Below, piece after piece: positions 36,495 through 49,550 of a DNA stretch of 64,000 nt. Below the pieces are notes generated by a model. It saw nothing but the letters and a program-made list of their open reading frames with translations. It made no database searches and was not told the origin of the DNA. The position numbers were made by a program, and so were the translations under genes. Source of the DNA: Callorhinchus milii (Eukaryota); the NCBI RefSeq assembly GCF_018977255.1, contig NW_024704743.1, positions 81,656,001-81,720,000 on the forward strand, written 5' to 3'. The stretch's first letter is position 1, and each line of letters starts with the position of its first letter.

Positions 36495-37381
36495 AGATTC
36501 AAACTTTTGAAATGGCACACTCTTTTACCAAAAAGCTTTGCAGGTTCTTTGTGCAAAATTTTAGCTGGCAACTCAGATTCCAAACACAATGGATCGTTAA
36601 TTCCTAAGACTTCAAATCGTAAGACAGCATCAGTGAGATTGAAAAGTTATTATTTTACAGAAATCAGTAAAGCACATACAGGATTGAAGTCAGTACAGTA
36701 TGTGGAAGAGTGAAGTCAACAACAACTTGCATTTATACGGCGCCCTTCACATGGGGCAGTGTCTCGGAGTGCTTGTCGGTAGAGTACGTACAGGAATGAA
36801 GTCAGTATGTGCACGATTATGTAAATTTCTGTGTTCTTGTCAGCCTTCCCAACTTCTCCCTCCACAGGCTGCAGATAATCCAGAACTCTGCAGCCTATGT
36901 CCTCTCCTGCACCAAACTCTATGAGTCCATCTCCCCCATTCTTGCCCGACTCCATTGGCTCCCTATCCTTCAGAGGATCCAGTTCAAAATCCTGGTCCTC
37001 ACCTACAAAGCTCCATGACCTCGCCCCACCCTACCTCTGTGACCTCCTAACCCCCTACCAACCCGCCCGTTGCTTCCGCTCAGCCAGCTCCAGCCTGCTC
37101 CACGTCCCCCGACCTACCCGCCCCACCATTGGCGGGAGAGCCACTCTGCCCCCAACCTCTGGAATTCCATCCCCCAATCACTCCGCCTCACCCCCTCCTT
37201 AGCCTCCTTCAAGTCCCGCCTCAAGGCCCTCCTCTTCGACCATGCCATCGGCCACCCCACTTCCCCTCCCCTCCCTTCCCCCCCAACCCCAGCTCGGATC
37301 TGAAAGGCTGTACACTGTCCAGCACCTTGGGATATTTTCCCGACGTGAAAGACGCTATGCAAATGTAATCTTTTTGTTGTT
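36495..37381 (+). repeat. Inverted duplication, right arm
   Basis: Reverse complement of 33107-34019. Confidence 0.95.
36836..37381 (+). mobile_element. L2 LINE 3' end
   Basis: LHRLQIIQNSAAYVLSCTK...LHWLPILQRIQFKILVLTYKA, with tail cccgacgtgaaagacgctatgcaaatgtaatctttttgttgt. Confidence 0.95.
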
Positions 37382-37607
37382 CTTGATTTATTTCCTGTTT
37401 TAATGCCCTGGAGTTTAAATCACAAGTGAACCAATATCAGATTGTTTATTTCCTATCAACATGCACCCCTCTCAATGTTCAATCTGCAACAGAAGTATTT
37501 TCAATACTCAATATATTTCATATCTTTTCAGCTCATACATGTAGATTTTTTTGGTGACCCGTATTCTGGATTTAATTTTTAAACTCTAAAAGGACAGTGA
37601 TGCTTTG

Positions 37608-37885
37608 CTTGGCTCAGTTGGTAGCACCCTTGTCTCTGAGGGCCCATCTGCCTAGTCAGGATGCGTTATAAAGATTCCATGGCACTAAAGAGAAGAGAGT
37701 TTCTCCTGGTGGCCTGGCCAAAAATCCCTCAGATAAAATTAGTCATTCACTTCATGGCTGTAATTGTAGACAGATGCGGAAGCCAATCTGCACACACCAT
37801 TGTTCCACAAACCATCACAACATTTGACAGCAATTTCTTTGAGCTGATTCTTTGTTACAGGTGTTATATCAAATGCAAAGTTTAT
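37608..37885 (+). mobile_element. Deu-domain SINE with internal deletion
   Basis: Head ttggctcagttggtagcacccttgtctctgag joined directly to the distal Deu core and tail. Confidence 0.75.
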
Positions 37886-38119
37886 TAGTTAGCTCTTGAA
37901 CCCCCAAATCACGTTGAAGCCAATACTGTAGAACTTGTTTTGGGTTGACTAACCAAATAATTTTTTCTTTATTGAATTCTTCTTCATTTATGGCCCCGCC
38001 ATGGGTATCGCGGCTCGATAACTTCTGGAGACAAAGTATTGATTTTGTGCGGACTTGCCTGGACTGGTGAGGGTGCATGTGTTTGGTAATACTTGGTGGG
38101 CCATTTCTTGATACTTCAA

Positions 38120-38320
38120 CTCCCTTCTCTTTTAGGATCATTAATGTCCTACAGATGGTGGATGGGACCTTGGGTTTAAGACGTTTAACATTGCAGCACT
38201 CCCCAACTACTGCGTTGCAGTGTCCTCCTAGTCCATGTGTTCGGTCCTGACGTGAGTCTTAAAACCCACAACCTCTGACCCAGAGGAGAGAGTGCTACAA
38301 GCTGAGCTAAGCTGACATCA
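38120..38320 (-). mobile_element. Deu-domain SINE 5' part
   Basis: Head acccacaacctctgacccagaggagagagtgctacaagctgagctaagctgaca and a partial core. Confidence 0.75.
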
Positions 38321-40279
38321 AAAAGAGGGTTGATCTATTTTACTATATCATACTATATGAAGCTAATATGCGTCATTGGGCTAATATTGTGAATTCCCTA
38401 GTCATTTGTTTTGATCAAAATAAACTTTCTTCACAAACAAGCTGAGAATGACACATGCTCACTGACACGGTCAGCAAATTTTACTAACCTCTTATGTCTT
38501 GGATTACATTTTTCATCGTACTGATAAACAATTTAGGCTGCAATGATCTTTGCAAAAGGATTTATAAATAGTGAATGCTAGATGTGCTGCAGCCAACCAA
38601 CTGGAAAGCCAATCAGATGTCAATTCCTTTCCCAATTTCCTAAAAGTCTTCTTCCAAGTGGACTTGAGGGTCGGCTGTAATACATCCAGGATATGCTGTT
38701 CACAAATTGTTTTGTGAATCCCTCAATTTAGATCAGTTTGTGCTTTTGCTCTCTGGAAACAAGACACAGGGATCCCAAGTAGAGAAGAAAGGCATGGATT
38801 AACCTTTAATTTTTGAGTCATAATCCACATGTCAGATAAAAGTGCTAACTAACATTTCCCGAAACAAGACTCTGTTTATACAGACTGCTTTCTTTTGTGT
38901 TAAAAGAGTTGGCTCCATTAAAAACCTCATCCTACAGATGGTGACTCCTGCTATGATACAGATCCCCAGGTGCTGTGGTACTTCATCCAACTAGTTTTTT
39001 TTCAAGTGGAGAGTGAATGTCAACAGACTTTTGGACCACAGCGAACACCAGAGTTGAGCTTGACCCTGGCTGCACTCAACTCCCACACACTAACATCTTG
39101 CAGAAAGGTGTTGATCACTGAATAGTGATCAGCAGTGGCGCTGATTTTCTCAGTCGCAGTTTAGGAATGCTGAAGTCAGTTGTAATACCCCTGACTGTTT
39201 TTTTCCTATGTGAGATCAGCTCAATTATCAGGACTAGACCTAGAGACGTTCCTGGTCCGTATTACTCAGTACCAAACATTGGGAAGTATCTTATCTTTGG
39301 ATTTTTGCTTAGCTCCCTTCCCCCTCTCTTCCAATGCTCAACAGTTTGTGGAATTGTGGAGGAATTCTTTTTTGAATGACTACTGTATCTGTAGCTGGAT
39401 TTTACGTTCTGGATACAATACAATTTACATTTATATATGTGCCTTTCACGTCACGGGGACATCCCAAAGTGCTTGACACTGAGGCACCCGAGCTGGGATT
39501 GGAAATGTGACTGAAAGCACAGACAAAGAAGTACGTCTTAAGATGAACCTTGAACGAAGCGAGGGAAGGAACAAATTGGTCAAAGAATTTCTTGTATTTT
39601 TAACTTAAATTTTGTACCTGTTTGGGAACATTTTGCAAATGTACACATACATTTCTATTTTAGGTTGGGAGAATGTTTCTGGTTTAAGTATTGGAAGTAG
39701 CAAGGTTGGGGAGTCTCAGGAGCCATTCAATCATTCTTAGCCCTCAAAAAATCATCTATGTCTATAATACAGATTAGCAAAGATTGCTCCAATTTGACCT
39801 ATTTTCAAAGTGAGTTTGCCTAGATTGGAGCTAATGTGCATGAAGTTTGAAGCTTCCTTTTCTTAAAAAAGTGTTCTTCCCCATCATCTCTTTCACATCA
39901 CTAGAGGTCTGGTAGGAGAAACTGCACTTGAGGCACAAGTGCAACATCACGAGTGCGTGTTGTTTTGTGGAGTTAATGAGTTGTTTAATGTGATATCACA
40001 CCAAAGAGCCATGTGGTCTATTTAACCAACACATATACTGTACAATGTTTTGAAAAATAAATGAAGATTTGAAAGACCTACTTCCCATAGGACTGCATCA
40101 ATATCTACTGCATCTCCAGAAGTGTTGTAAAGCTCTATTTGCTTGTCACATTTTGTCCCCTTTATGTAAGGGAAATTTCTATCTGAGATAAAACCCTGAG
40201 AGAATTTTATATCTCTCCTGGAGCCACATGCAGAACAAATTTGTTTCGCGGAGATAAGCTAGAATGTATGGATTTTAAA

Positions 40280-40466
40280 TAAATAATAATTTGGCCACTC
40301 AATCCATGACTGTTTGTGGGACACTGCTGTGCTCAATTGGCTGCCATGTCTTACCCACAAAGTATACCGTCAATTCACTTCACAGTATATTCTGTGAAGC
40401 GCTTTGAGACGTCCTGAATACATGATAAGGCGCTTTATCAAATGCAAGGATTATTATTATTATTAC
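40280..40466 (+). mobile_element. 5'-truncated SINE (shared 3' half)
   Basis: ttggccactcaatccatgactgtttgtggg...aaatgcaaggattattatt. Confidence 0.88.
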
Positions 40467-41874
40467 TTTGCTATTCTCATCATTTTCTGTGTGGGGACAC
40501 TTTTGTCTGAAATGTTTTAGAATGTTTCCCAGTATGAATAGAGTCCCTTGTCAGCTAGAAGTGCGGTCTTGAGTGAAGAGTACTTTACAATCCCCTACTG
40601 GAGGGAAGGACCCCTATTGCTCCATCATATTGGAGAACACACTGATCACTGTCATGCCTTGCCGCTTCTAAGAAATTTCATATCATATCATAAATTGGAG
40701 GATTTCTTCAATTTCTTTAAAATTTAGGAGAGCTCTTGTCATGGTTGAATATTGTAGTAATTACATGGCTTGTACACAATACATTTTGTTTCAAAGTTCT
40801 GTAGCTGAGCTGGGGCCTATTTATCTTGTTTCTTTGTGGCTTAGGCTAGTGGAAATGATGTTTCAATGGGTATGATTGGTGGGGCATTTTCTCCCCCCAT
40901 GGTGGTATACCTCAACTCATGGACTGTCTATTTGCTTGGGAAACTCATCACTAATGTAGTATTTAATGGATTATTGTTCTGTTTGGTTTACAAACCAAGT
41001 ACTGTGTGTATGTATTTAGGCATACAATTAAACAAAACTTTAAACTAATTGCTCTGTTAACTCAATTCTGTAATCCACAAGGCCACAAGAGAACCAGAAA
41101 GCATATGAACTGAGGACTGCACTCTTTGAAGAACTTAGCCAATGTTATGTGCTCTCAAGTCATCTCTCATGTGCTCCTTGATTTTATGACCATATGTATC
41201 GTGTACAACATCAGAGCTTCTTTCAGCTAGAAGCTCATTTACCTGGAGTAGAAAGGACTCAATCTCCCCAGTTTACAATCCGATTCTAATTTACAAGTTT
41301 GGCAAAATTATTTGTAAATAGTTGATGCTGCGTCTGTCTTGTAAATAGTTGATCCTGATTATGGCTGATTCTCAGAAACAGCGCACAAAAGATAATTTCA
41401 GTTTCTACTTCTGTGAAGCTGGATTGTACCAGGATTGTGCCTCCTGGAGATCTGGGTGAAATTCCAGAGAGTCAGCCTGGGATACATCTGGGTAGCTGCA
41501 GATTCTGCCATTTACTATTTTGTTTGTGAATCCAGCAAGCATCAGTCTGATGAGTGAGGGAGGATATTGTCTTACTGCAAATCGGGGGCAGTATTCACAA
41601 CAGTACTGTAATAAATTCAATACCTTGTCTATAATACAGTACTGCTGCAATGCAAATCAGTGTGGCTGATGCACGGCTGCCAGCCAGACCCATGGAAAGT
41701 GATGATCTGACTGCAGCTCTCAGTTAATGTAAAGAACTGACACAGAAACTGGTGCATGCTTTGACCTCACAATGTGAGGAGTGTGCCTCTTCCCACTGGT
41801 GCCTGGCAGACACATGTTGGCAAGTAGCTGGTTTGGTCAAGTGGGGCCCACACAATTGCTTCAGTTCCATGGGA

Positions 41875-42150
41875 ACACGGAACATAGACACAGCAGGAGG
41901 AGGCCATTCAGCCCTTCGAGCCTGTTCTGCCATTTAATTAGATCATGGCTGATCTGTACCTCAACTAATCCTTTCAATTCAAATTTCCCGCTTTCTTCCC
42001 ATATCCCTTAATACCCTGACCTACCAAAAATCTATCAACCTCAGTCTTGAAGCTGTGATCCAGCATCCATGGCCTTTTGGGGGCGAGAATTCCAGATTTC
42101 TACCACCTTTTGAGTGAAAAAATGTTTCCTGATTTCACTCTTAAATAGCC
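41875..42150 (-). mobile_element. CR1-type LINE 3' end (second tail type)
   Basis: ggaggccattcagcccttcgagcctgttctgccatttaattagatcatggctgatctg...gaattccagatttctaccaccttttgagtgaaaaaatgtttc, which is the reverse complement of the FFTQ.VV..WN motif. Homologous to 47743-47968. Confidence 0.85.
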
Positions 42151-42469
42151 TCTAAATTCCCTTTAAATCTCAACAGAAAACAAAAACCACTGTAGACAAA
42201 CACAAGCCTGCTGCTGCAGGCGGATTGTTTAATCTGGCTCACTTGCACTGCAGCTTTACCGTTACTTGTAACATTCAGTGATAAAACATTAAACACAGTT
42301 GCCCGCTGTAGTGATTTTGTGATAATACCTGATCGACGGTGATGTTATGTCTGTTATACAAATAAAATGAAGATTAAATTCCTTGTGAAATTAACTCATT
42401 TAAATTAGTGGTTATGTTGAAAAGATGGTATATTGATGAAGTAGGGGGTTCTTTATTAATAATAATAAA

Positions 42470-42870
42470 GCAGGATTTACTCTAAAATATAGTGACTGTG
42501 TATTTTGTGGATGAATACAGAATCCAATTTTGCACAGCAATGTCCCACAGACAGTAATGAAATGAATGATCAATTTTATCTGGGAGATTGTTGACCAGGA
42601 CATCAGGTGAAACTCCCTTCAGTTTTTGAATAGTGTCACAGGATCTTTAAAGTAACAAGCAGACAGATCTCGGTGTAACATTTTATCTGAAGCACAGCAC
42701 CTCCAACAATACAGCACACTCCTCCAGCATTACATTCGATGGTCAGTGCCTTGGGCTGTCCTTCCAATGTGATATATAAATTTAATATGTTGTGTCAGCC
42801 AAGACGATGAACTCAAAGTTTGTGGGACCTGAACCCACAAACTTCTGACTCAAAGACAAGAGTGCTACCT
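42470..42870 (-). mobile_element. Deu-domain SINE with a small L2-tail insert near 42745-42795
   Basis: Body, Deu-like core and head (gaacccacaaacttctgactcaaagacaagagtgctacc). Confidence 0.82.
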
Positions 42871-45044
42871 AATGGGCAGTGATGTAGCTTTACTAAAGCA
42901 CTCCGAGATGCTATCCTGCATGAAGAATGCTATATTGTTATTGTTGTGTTGTACTTTGCATCCCACCTAGATTATGCCTGACTTGGGAGTTTTTGACCTT
43001 TGAAAGTGGGACTCAAAATAAATAAGTGTTTTGTTTCCCCACGTTAATATCCCCAAGCCTTGATGGGGAACAATTTGTGGAGTGAAGAGCTGGGAGGGGC
43101 CAAAATTATCAATGTAACACTGAATAGAAATAAATTTATAGAACAAAAATCCCAGTGACCGTGTGACAAACAAAAGACTTGATGCTTCCTCGTGAAATAG
43201 CCTTTTATTTCTATGTGCAAGCACAACTCATTTCAGAGCGAGGAGTTGAGCAGTCCCAGTGCCACCACCCTTAACTGCTTGAACTCCTTCTTATAAATGA
43301 AACATGGATCAAACTCCCGGACACAATAACACAGCAGAGCTTCTGCAAATCGTGGGCTTTTGTTTGCCCTTAGAGCGAACTAATGGCGGCATAAAGGCAA
43401 CACAGTTTGCTACCTGCTGTATTACTTGGTCATGCCTAGCGGGCAAGAATCAGGATTTAGTTTCACAAGCAAGATAATCTTCACTTTCCACTGAGCTCAG
43501 TGGGATGCCTTTGGTGTTTCCTTCAAAGAACTTTCTTCTCTCCCCACCCCCGCTTCTTTTTAGAAGTGTAGTTTTTTCCTTTTCTTGGCTTTTCTTGGTC
43601 TCTGGAGATGCAATCATGAAGGAAACCGCTGGGCTTCGGAAGTGGTATGTAATGCCTCTTCCTTCCACTGCGGTGCGTTAATCAAGTACAGAAACCTCAG
43701 CTCCAGAGGTGGGGAGGCTAGTGAAGCCTCTGTAGAGTTTCATCTTCAGAACCATTTCTCTAGGGATTTGTCTTTGCCGATGACCAACCTCAATCCAGAT
43801 GAGATTAGAGAGGTGCCCTCGCTGTGTTAGGTGAATTTGTCTTTAAGCTTACAAACAAGAAAGTCTTTGTACCGTGAAGAAGGAAGGAAGCAAGGAATCA
43901 AAAGGAAAGACTCACACTTTTTGTACAGTCAATTCCTGAATAATTTCAATGACACAACATTCTATCTGTTTATCACAAGTATCGCTTCCCACAAAATAAT
44001 ATTGCTGAAGTGGTTTTGTTGAATTATTTCTCATGTTCAATTAAAATATTTACTTTTGCTTAGATTATTCCTGGATTCTGCCTCCACGAATAATTATGAT
44101 AAGACTGTGATACTTTGTGGCTTTTGGATTCCATATGCCCTGAAGACTAATGTCACTCTTCCAGTAATATTCATAATATGACATGAGAGCAATGAGCACC
44201 CCGCTTTCCTCTGATCTGTGATTCTCACATCTTATTGCCCAAATCTAGCCCTAGGCCATGCCCATAGACAACAAACCCAACAGTGCTCAATGTGTCATTG
44301 AGCTCTCCATGCCTTACACAGTCATCCATGTCTTCAGGGGCTGGTATTTAATAGTTCCCTATCCTTTTTGCTCTCTGTTAAGAGACAGCATCCACAGTAC
44401 AGGTGAGAGACTCTACTGAAACTGCAGGCTCTGTAGTTATGATAAATCTCCATTTACTTGCACTATTGCAGCTCAGGCCTGGCGTTCTCCTAATGTTGTA
44501 TTCTCAGTTTCTATCATGGGAGAATTAAAGAGAACTACATCTAAAGATGCTACATCTTGGTATGTCGAACGCCAAGCAGGTTGGTAGCCATGTGTGGAGA
44601 CATGTTGGCTAACAAGCCCATCTTGAGGGCAAGAGTGTACTATTCTCCATTTGCCAGGAAATAAACTGACTTTCCTGATTTGAATTCCCAATGGATACAT
44701 TTACCCATTAATTTAAGTAATAACAATTGTTCCTCCAAGGAAAGTTTTAGATGGAGCACAGGGCAGAGTAGATGAAAGTAGTTTATTTAGACATAGTAAC
44801 ATGCTGGAGGACATTGTGACAATGGAAGAAGGCAGAAATCAAATCAGTACACTGAAATACAACACTGAAGGATTTTACTTCAAAACTATAGCCATAAGAT
44901 TATAATGGCCATTTTCCCATTATAATGGGAATTCTCTTGAAATGAACTCACTTTGCAACTTGTCAAATATTGCATTCCAGTGGAAAATAAAATATTTTCA
45001 AGGTCTGTAAATTCACCAGCTTTGCAGAATTATCTTTTAAAAGT

Positions 45045-45443
45045 AATCGATTTCAAGATCCTCTCACTCATTTTCCAATTCCTTCATGCCCTCACACCTC
45101 CCTACCTATCCGATCTGCTTCCCCCCACTCCACCACCTGCTACCTTTCCTTGGCTGGCTTCGGCCTCCTGTTTGTCACTCGTTCCCTCCGCTCCACCATC
45201 GTTGGCCATGGGCCATGCCTTCAGCCACTATGCACCAAAACTCTGTAACTCTCTTCCTCAATCCCTCCGCCTTGCCCCCTCCCTCACCACCTTCAAATCC
45301 CACCTAAAGATCTTCCTTTTTGATCGTGCTTACAGTCACCTCACCCCTCCTTCTCACCCTGACTCGGCGTCATGCTCCGCCACTGTCAAATGCTCCGGGA
45401 CTCTATCCTGCACGAAGGCGGCATATAAATGCAAGTTGTTGTA
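45045..45443 (+). mobile_element. L2 LINE 3' end
   Basis: IDFKILSLIFQFLHALTPPYLSDLL...AFSHYAPKLCNSLPQSLRLAPSLTTFKSHLKIFLF, with tail gcaagttgttg. Confidence 0.93.
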
Positions 45444-45793
45444 ATAATTTCAGGAGAACCAAACCAGATCTTGGTCGTGTGCGTCCCAGGTTAGATTCAG
45501 AATAAAGCTCCATCTAACCTAATGTTAGAAGGGCAACCTCTGAAGGACCAGGATCAGTTTTACATTCCCAGCATCTGCCATGTTTATGCTCTGTTTTAGT
45601 GAGGCTCCTGGTCAGCGATAATTTTGGGATGTGATTTTGTATCCACTCAGGCTGTGCTGGGAAGTGCCCAATCCGATAAGACCCAAACAACCAGCACAGA
45701 GAGAAAATATTCAGCTTCTACTAGTGAAAGGATAGTTTGTTACTTCACTCATGATTTAGTTTTGCCCTTTTTATTCTTTTTTGCTTTCTCTGT

Positions 45794-46058
45794 ATCATAG
45801 GATTGTAGAACATTACAGCACAGAAACAGGCCATTCGACCCAACTAATCTGCCGTGGTGTTTCTCCACATGAGACAAATAATCTACTCCCACTTTCTTAA
45901 TTGCTCTCCAAACCCGTTTAACATTCTTCTTTTGCAAACATCAAATTGATTTCCATTTAAAATAATTCATTGACTCTGCTTCCACTATGTTTCGTGGCAG
46001 AAAATTCCATATTTCAAACACCCTCTGTGTAAAGACATTTCTTCCAGCCTCTCCTTTG
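45794..46058 (-). mobile_element. CR1 LINE 3' end
   Basis: acagcacagaaacaggccattcgaccc tail and aattccatatttcaaacaccctctgtgtaaagac (reverse complement of FTQRV..WN). Confidence 0.78.
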
Positions 46059-47644
46059 TAATAATATTAATCCTTGCTTTTAATATGATGCCTTATCATG
46101 TCTGGAAGATGTCTCAAAACATCTTGTTCAAAGGATGGTGTCTCCAACATTACAGCACGTTCCAGCCCAGCAATGAATTGGACTGTCAGTTAGTTCAAAG
46201 TCCTGATTGGGGCTCATACTATTTGCTGTTTGATTTCATAATTGCTAACCATACAAAGACTTGAAAATGCTTGCCTGTGTGTGTAGGAAGTAACTAAGTT
46301 CTGTGCTCATGCCCCAGCCTCTCGAGATTGAATTCAAACCGTTTTCGCGAGGCTGATGCATGCGCACACAGAGCCTAGCCCCTGTTCCTGCTTCAATTCA
46401 CCAATGATGGAAGCTTTTTAGTGGGGGGAGGGATGAGCGAAAACATAAATCTGCCCCTCACCCAACATTTTTATTTGGGGAGGACATTAGCCACCAATGG
46501 GCTTATTTCTGTGCTGTAATTTCTCAGATTCTGTGACAATGTTATAACCTAGGAGTGCTTGATGCTGATACTAGTGGTAAAAATGGATGTTTGCCATAAC
46601 ATTGTACTTGGAATGTTGAGCAAAATTTAAAGCAGATTGCAGTGACAATAAATGATTAGGTCAAAGGAAAGGGATGTGATTAAAGAAAATCAAAGAATCC
46701 CAATTGAAATTCAGTGTATTCAATATGGCTTTACAGAACAAAGAGAGGTATAATTGAACAAATGAAAGTACGAAACACAGGTCAATCCCAGTATTCCTGA
46801 TCCTTTGGGTCCAATATCTCAGACGCCATGATATAATGATGCATAAATAAATAACAACTTTTATTTATGGCTGACTTCTGGGTACCCAGGTCACCTTTAA
46901 TGACACTTCCTGCATTCTATACGCAAAGAGTGCTGTTGATGTCACTTGAGAGGAGTGGGGGGAAAGGGGGAGAGAGAGAGAAAGTAAGTCCATGATTTAA
47001 GTGTATCTTTGCAATGCACAGCACTGTTCCCATTGACTTCTATGATCCAAGAAATGCTTGATCCAAGCATAAAACCTTCTTGGCAAATTAGCTATGCATC
47101 CATTCAGGTTTAAACCTTACCAACAAGTTACGGACTCTGTTTCCATCCAGTTAACATGCTGGAATGATTTTGTATGATTTAGGATAATGGGAAGTCAAAG
47201 ACAGATGACTAACACACTGACCTCTGGTTCTGAATAAAGCTAGTCCAGTAGGTACAAAGCAGCTACAAGAGTGGAGAGCAAGCAGATACATGGAGTCTTG
47301 TCATTTCCCTTCTCCCCTCTTTCTAATACTTACCACATTGTTCTTTCAATGGACTGTTTTAATAAGGTGACTGTATGTAATAAAAAGCAGGCAAGTTCAT
47401 CCAGATTGAGTTTGAACTTCAGTCTAGTTCCCTGAGTCAGACCTTTAACAGTCCTCTGATGATCGTTACTGCAGCTTGTGGTCTGACTCAAATAATGTTC
47501 ATTAGTGACAGCATTACTAATTTGTGGTTGGCAAATGCTGAGGTTGTGAGATTGCTCATTTTGAGATCCAAAATGTGGATAACGTGAATGGCCCCTCACC
47601 TCTGAAAATTATTACAGGGGCCCTGAGCCCGAGGATAGAACCCA

Positions 47645-48135
47645 CCGTATGCAGGTATGCAGCAAAGCGTCGTAGTTCCACAATGCTGTATAGTGGATAT
47701 GCAGCGTCATGTTGTAGATATGTAGCTCATGTCACAGTTATACAGAAACATAGGAACGGAGGAACAAAGAAACAACAGTAAGCTATTCAGCAACTCAAGC
47801 CTGTTCCACCATTTTATTAGATCATGGCTGATCTGTACTGCATTAACTCCATTTACCTGCCTTTTCTCTATATTGTTCGAGTCCCTTACCTAACAAATAT
47901 CTATCAACCTCAGTCGTGAAAATTCCAATTAACTCAGCATCCAGATTTCTACAACCCTTTGTGTGAAAATACGCAGTGTGGCAGATATGCAGTGCGTGTT
48001 GAATATACATATGCCGTGTAGTAGATACACAGCACCCTGTCACCGATACACAATTCCTTGTGGCTGATACATCGTGCTGTGGTTATAGATACGCAAAGTT
48101 GGCGTGGATATGTAGCGCCGTGTGCTGGATGCATG
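47645..48135. repeat. Degenerate ~21 bp tandem array interrupted by CR1
   Basis: Units begin GATA(C/T)(A/G) roughly every 19-22 bp, e.g. gatacacagcaccctgtcacc, gatacacaattccttgtggct, gatatgtagcgccgtgtgctg. Confidence 0.7.
47743..47968 (-). mobile_element. CR1-type LINE 3' end
   Basis: Encodes FHTKGCRNL...IFTTEVDRYLLGKGLEQYREKAGKWS. Homologous to 41875-42150. Confidence 0.85.
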
Positions 48136-48179
48136 AAGTATGGGGGCCTCTAACAATTGATACTCCCCACTCCCTCATT

Positions 48180-48368
48180 CCTTCAAAAAAAATTGGTCAC
48201 TCAATCCATGACTGTGTGTGGGACACTGCTGTGCAGAATTGGCTGCTGCGTTTCGCCCACAAAATATACAGTCAATTCAGTACTTTCCAGAATATTCTGT
48301 GAAGCGCTGTGAGACGTCTCGAAGATGTGATAAGGCACTATATCAAATGCAAGGATTATTATTATTAT
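48180..48368 (+). mobile_element. 5'-truncated SINE (shared 3' half)
   Basis: aattggtcactcaatccatgactg...aaatgcaaggattattatt. Confidence 0.88.
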
Positions 48369-48759
48369 GCACTTCAATTTCAGCCTAGGTTATGATCTTA
48401 AGTCTTGGCTCACAAACCCATATCTCCAGAGATTCTACCATCTGAACCAATCTGACAGATATCTTTTAAGAACAGGACATCCCTGGCAATTGATATTGCA
48501 GTGCATGTGGTCCATAACTATCTTTAGGAGTCAATAGAGACAGAAGTGTTGATCCAGATGCTCTTCATAGGCTGGTTTCTCTATAGCAGCTCTGTTGCCA
48601 GATGTGGTGCAGAATGGTAATAGATTTTTGTCTTCAGTTTCTAGCCAGTGAAGCACCTGAAAGGAATCTGATCTTTCAAACACACACCATCACACCATTG
48701 TGAATTGAGAAGTTTTGCTTTCCATTTGTCTCTCAACACCCCCCTCAAAGGCATTGACT

Positions 48760-48760
<1 letters not shown>

Positions 48761-48792
<32 letters not shown>

Positions 48793-49089
48793 CCTTGCAT
48801 TTGATATAGCGCTTTTCACGTCTTCTAGACGTCTCAAAGCGCTTCACAGAATATACTGTAAAGTGAATTGACTGAATATTTGTGGGCGAACGCGGCAGCC
48901 AATTGCACACAGCAGTGTCCCACAAACAGTCGTAGATTGAAAATGACCAATTATTTTTTTTTTTTGGAGGGATCATTATTAGGCGTGTGGAGTAAGGAAA
49001 CTTGCCCAAGGTTTCGCCCTGCTTGGAATTGAACTCAGGTCTCTCACTTGCAAAGCAAGTGCTCTAACCACTGAGCTACAGGACTCCAC
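48761..49089 (-). mobile_element. Young full-length tRNA-Ala SINE (TAGAA loop)
   Basis: Complete head, body and (ATT)n tail. Confidence 0.96.
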
Positions 49090-49194
49090 TTCTGCTGTAG
49101 TATGGTTTTGCAATGTCAGCAACACATTGGTACCTTTCTCAACCTTCCACATATTTCATGTTAGCACAGACAGGGAAGCAATTGGAGCATGGAT

Positions 49195-49550
49195 AATAAT
49201 AACAATATGATAATCCTTACATTTGATATTGTGCCTTATCATGTTATTAAAATGCCTCAAAATGGTTCACATTCTTTACTGTGATGTGTAGTCATTATAT
49301 ATTTGTAGGCGAACGCACCAGGCAATTTGCACACAGAAATGTCCCAACAACAGTCATGAATTAAATGACCAATTTTGGGGTGGGGGGGATTGTTGGCCAG
49401 GACATCGGGAGAAACTCACTTCTCTTCTCGAGTAGTGCCTTGGGATCTTCAATGTCCACCTAAACAGGCAGACGGGACCTCAGCTTAATATCTCATCTGA
49501 AGGTCGCCATCTTCAATAATGCAGCACATCCTCAGCCCGTCACTGGAGAG
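49195..49550 (-). mobile_element. Deu-domain SINE, headless
   Basis: Tail, body and the ggatcttcaatgtccacctaaacaggcagacgggacctc core. Confidence 0.85.

Noticed and set aside
41401..41650. ORF ending ...ICSYPDVSQADSLEFHPDLQEAQSWYNPASQK as a possible exon
   Set aside because: No recognisable family and no convincing splice-site pair.
47334..47601. Candidate minus-strand coding exon (ttttcag acceptor, GTAAGT donor, open frame)
   Set aside because: The peptide has no recognisable homology, the 268-nt length is not frame-preserving, and no partner exons were found. It cannot be supported without RNA data.
47645..48135. CRISPR-like array
   Set aside because: The context is eukaryotic, the units are degenerate and contiguous with no unique spacers, and there are no cas genes.
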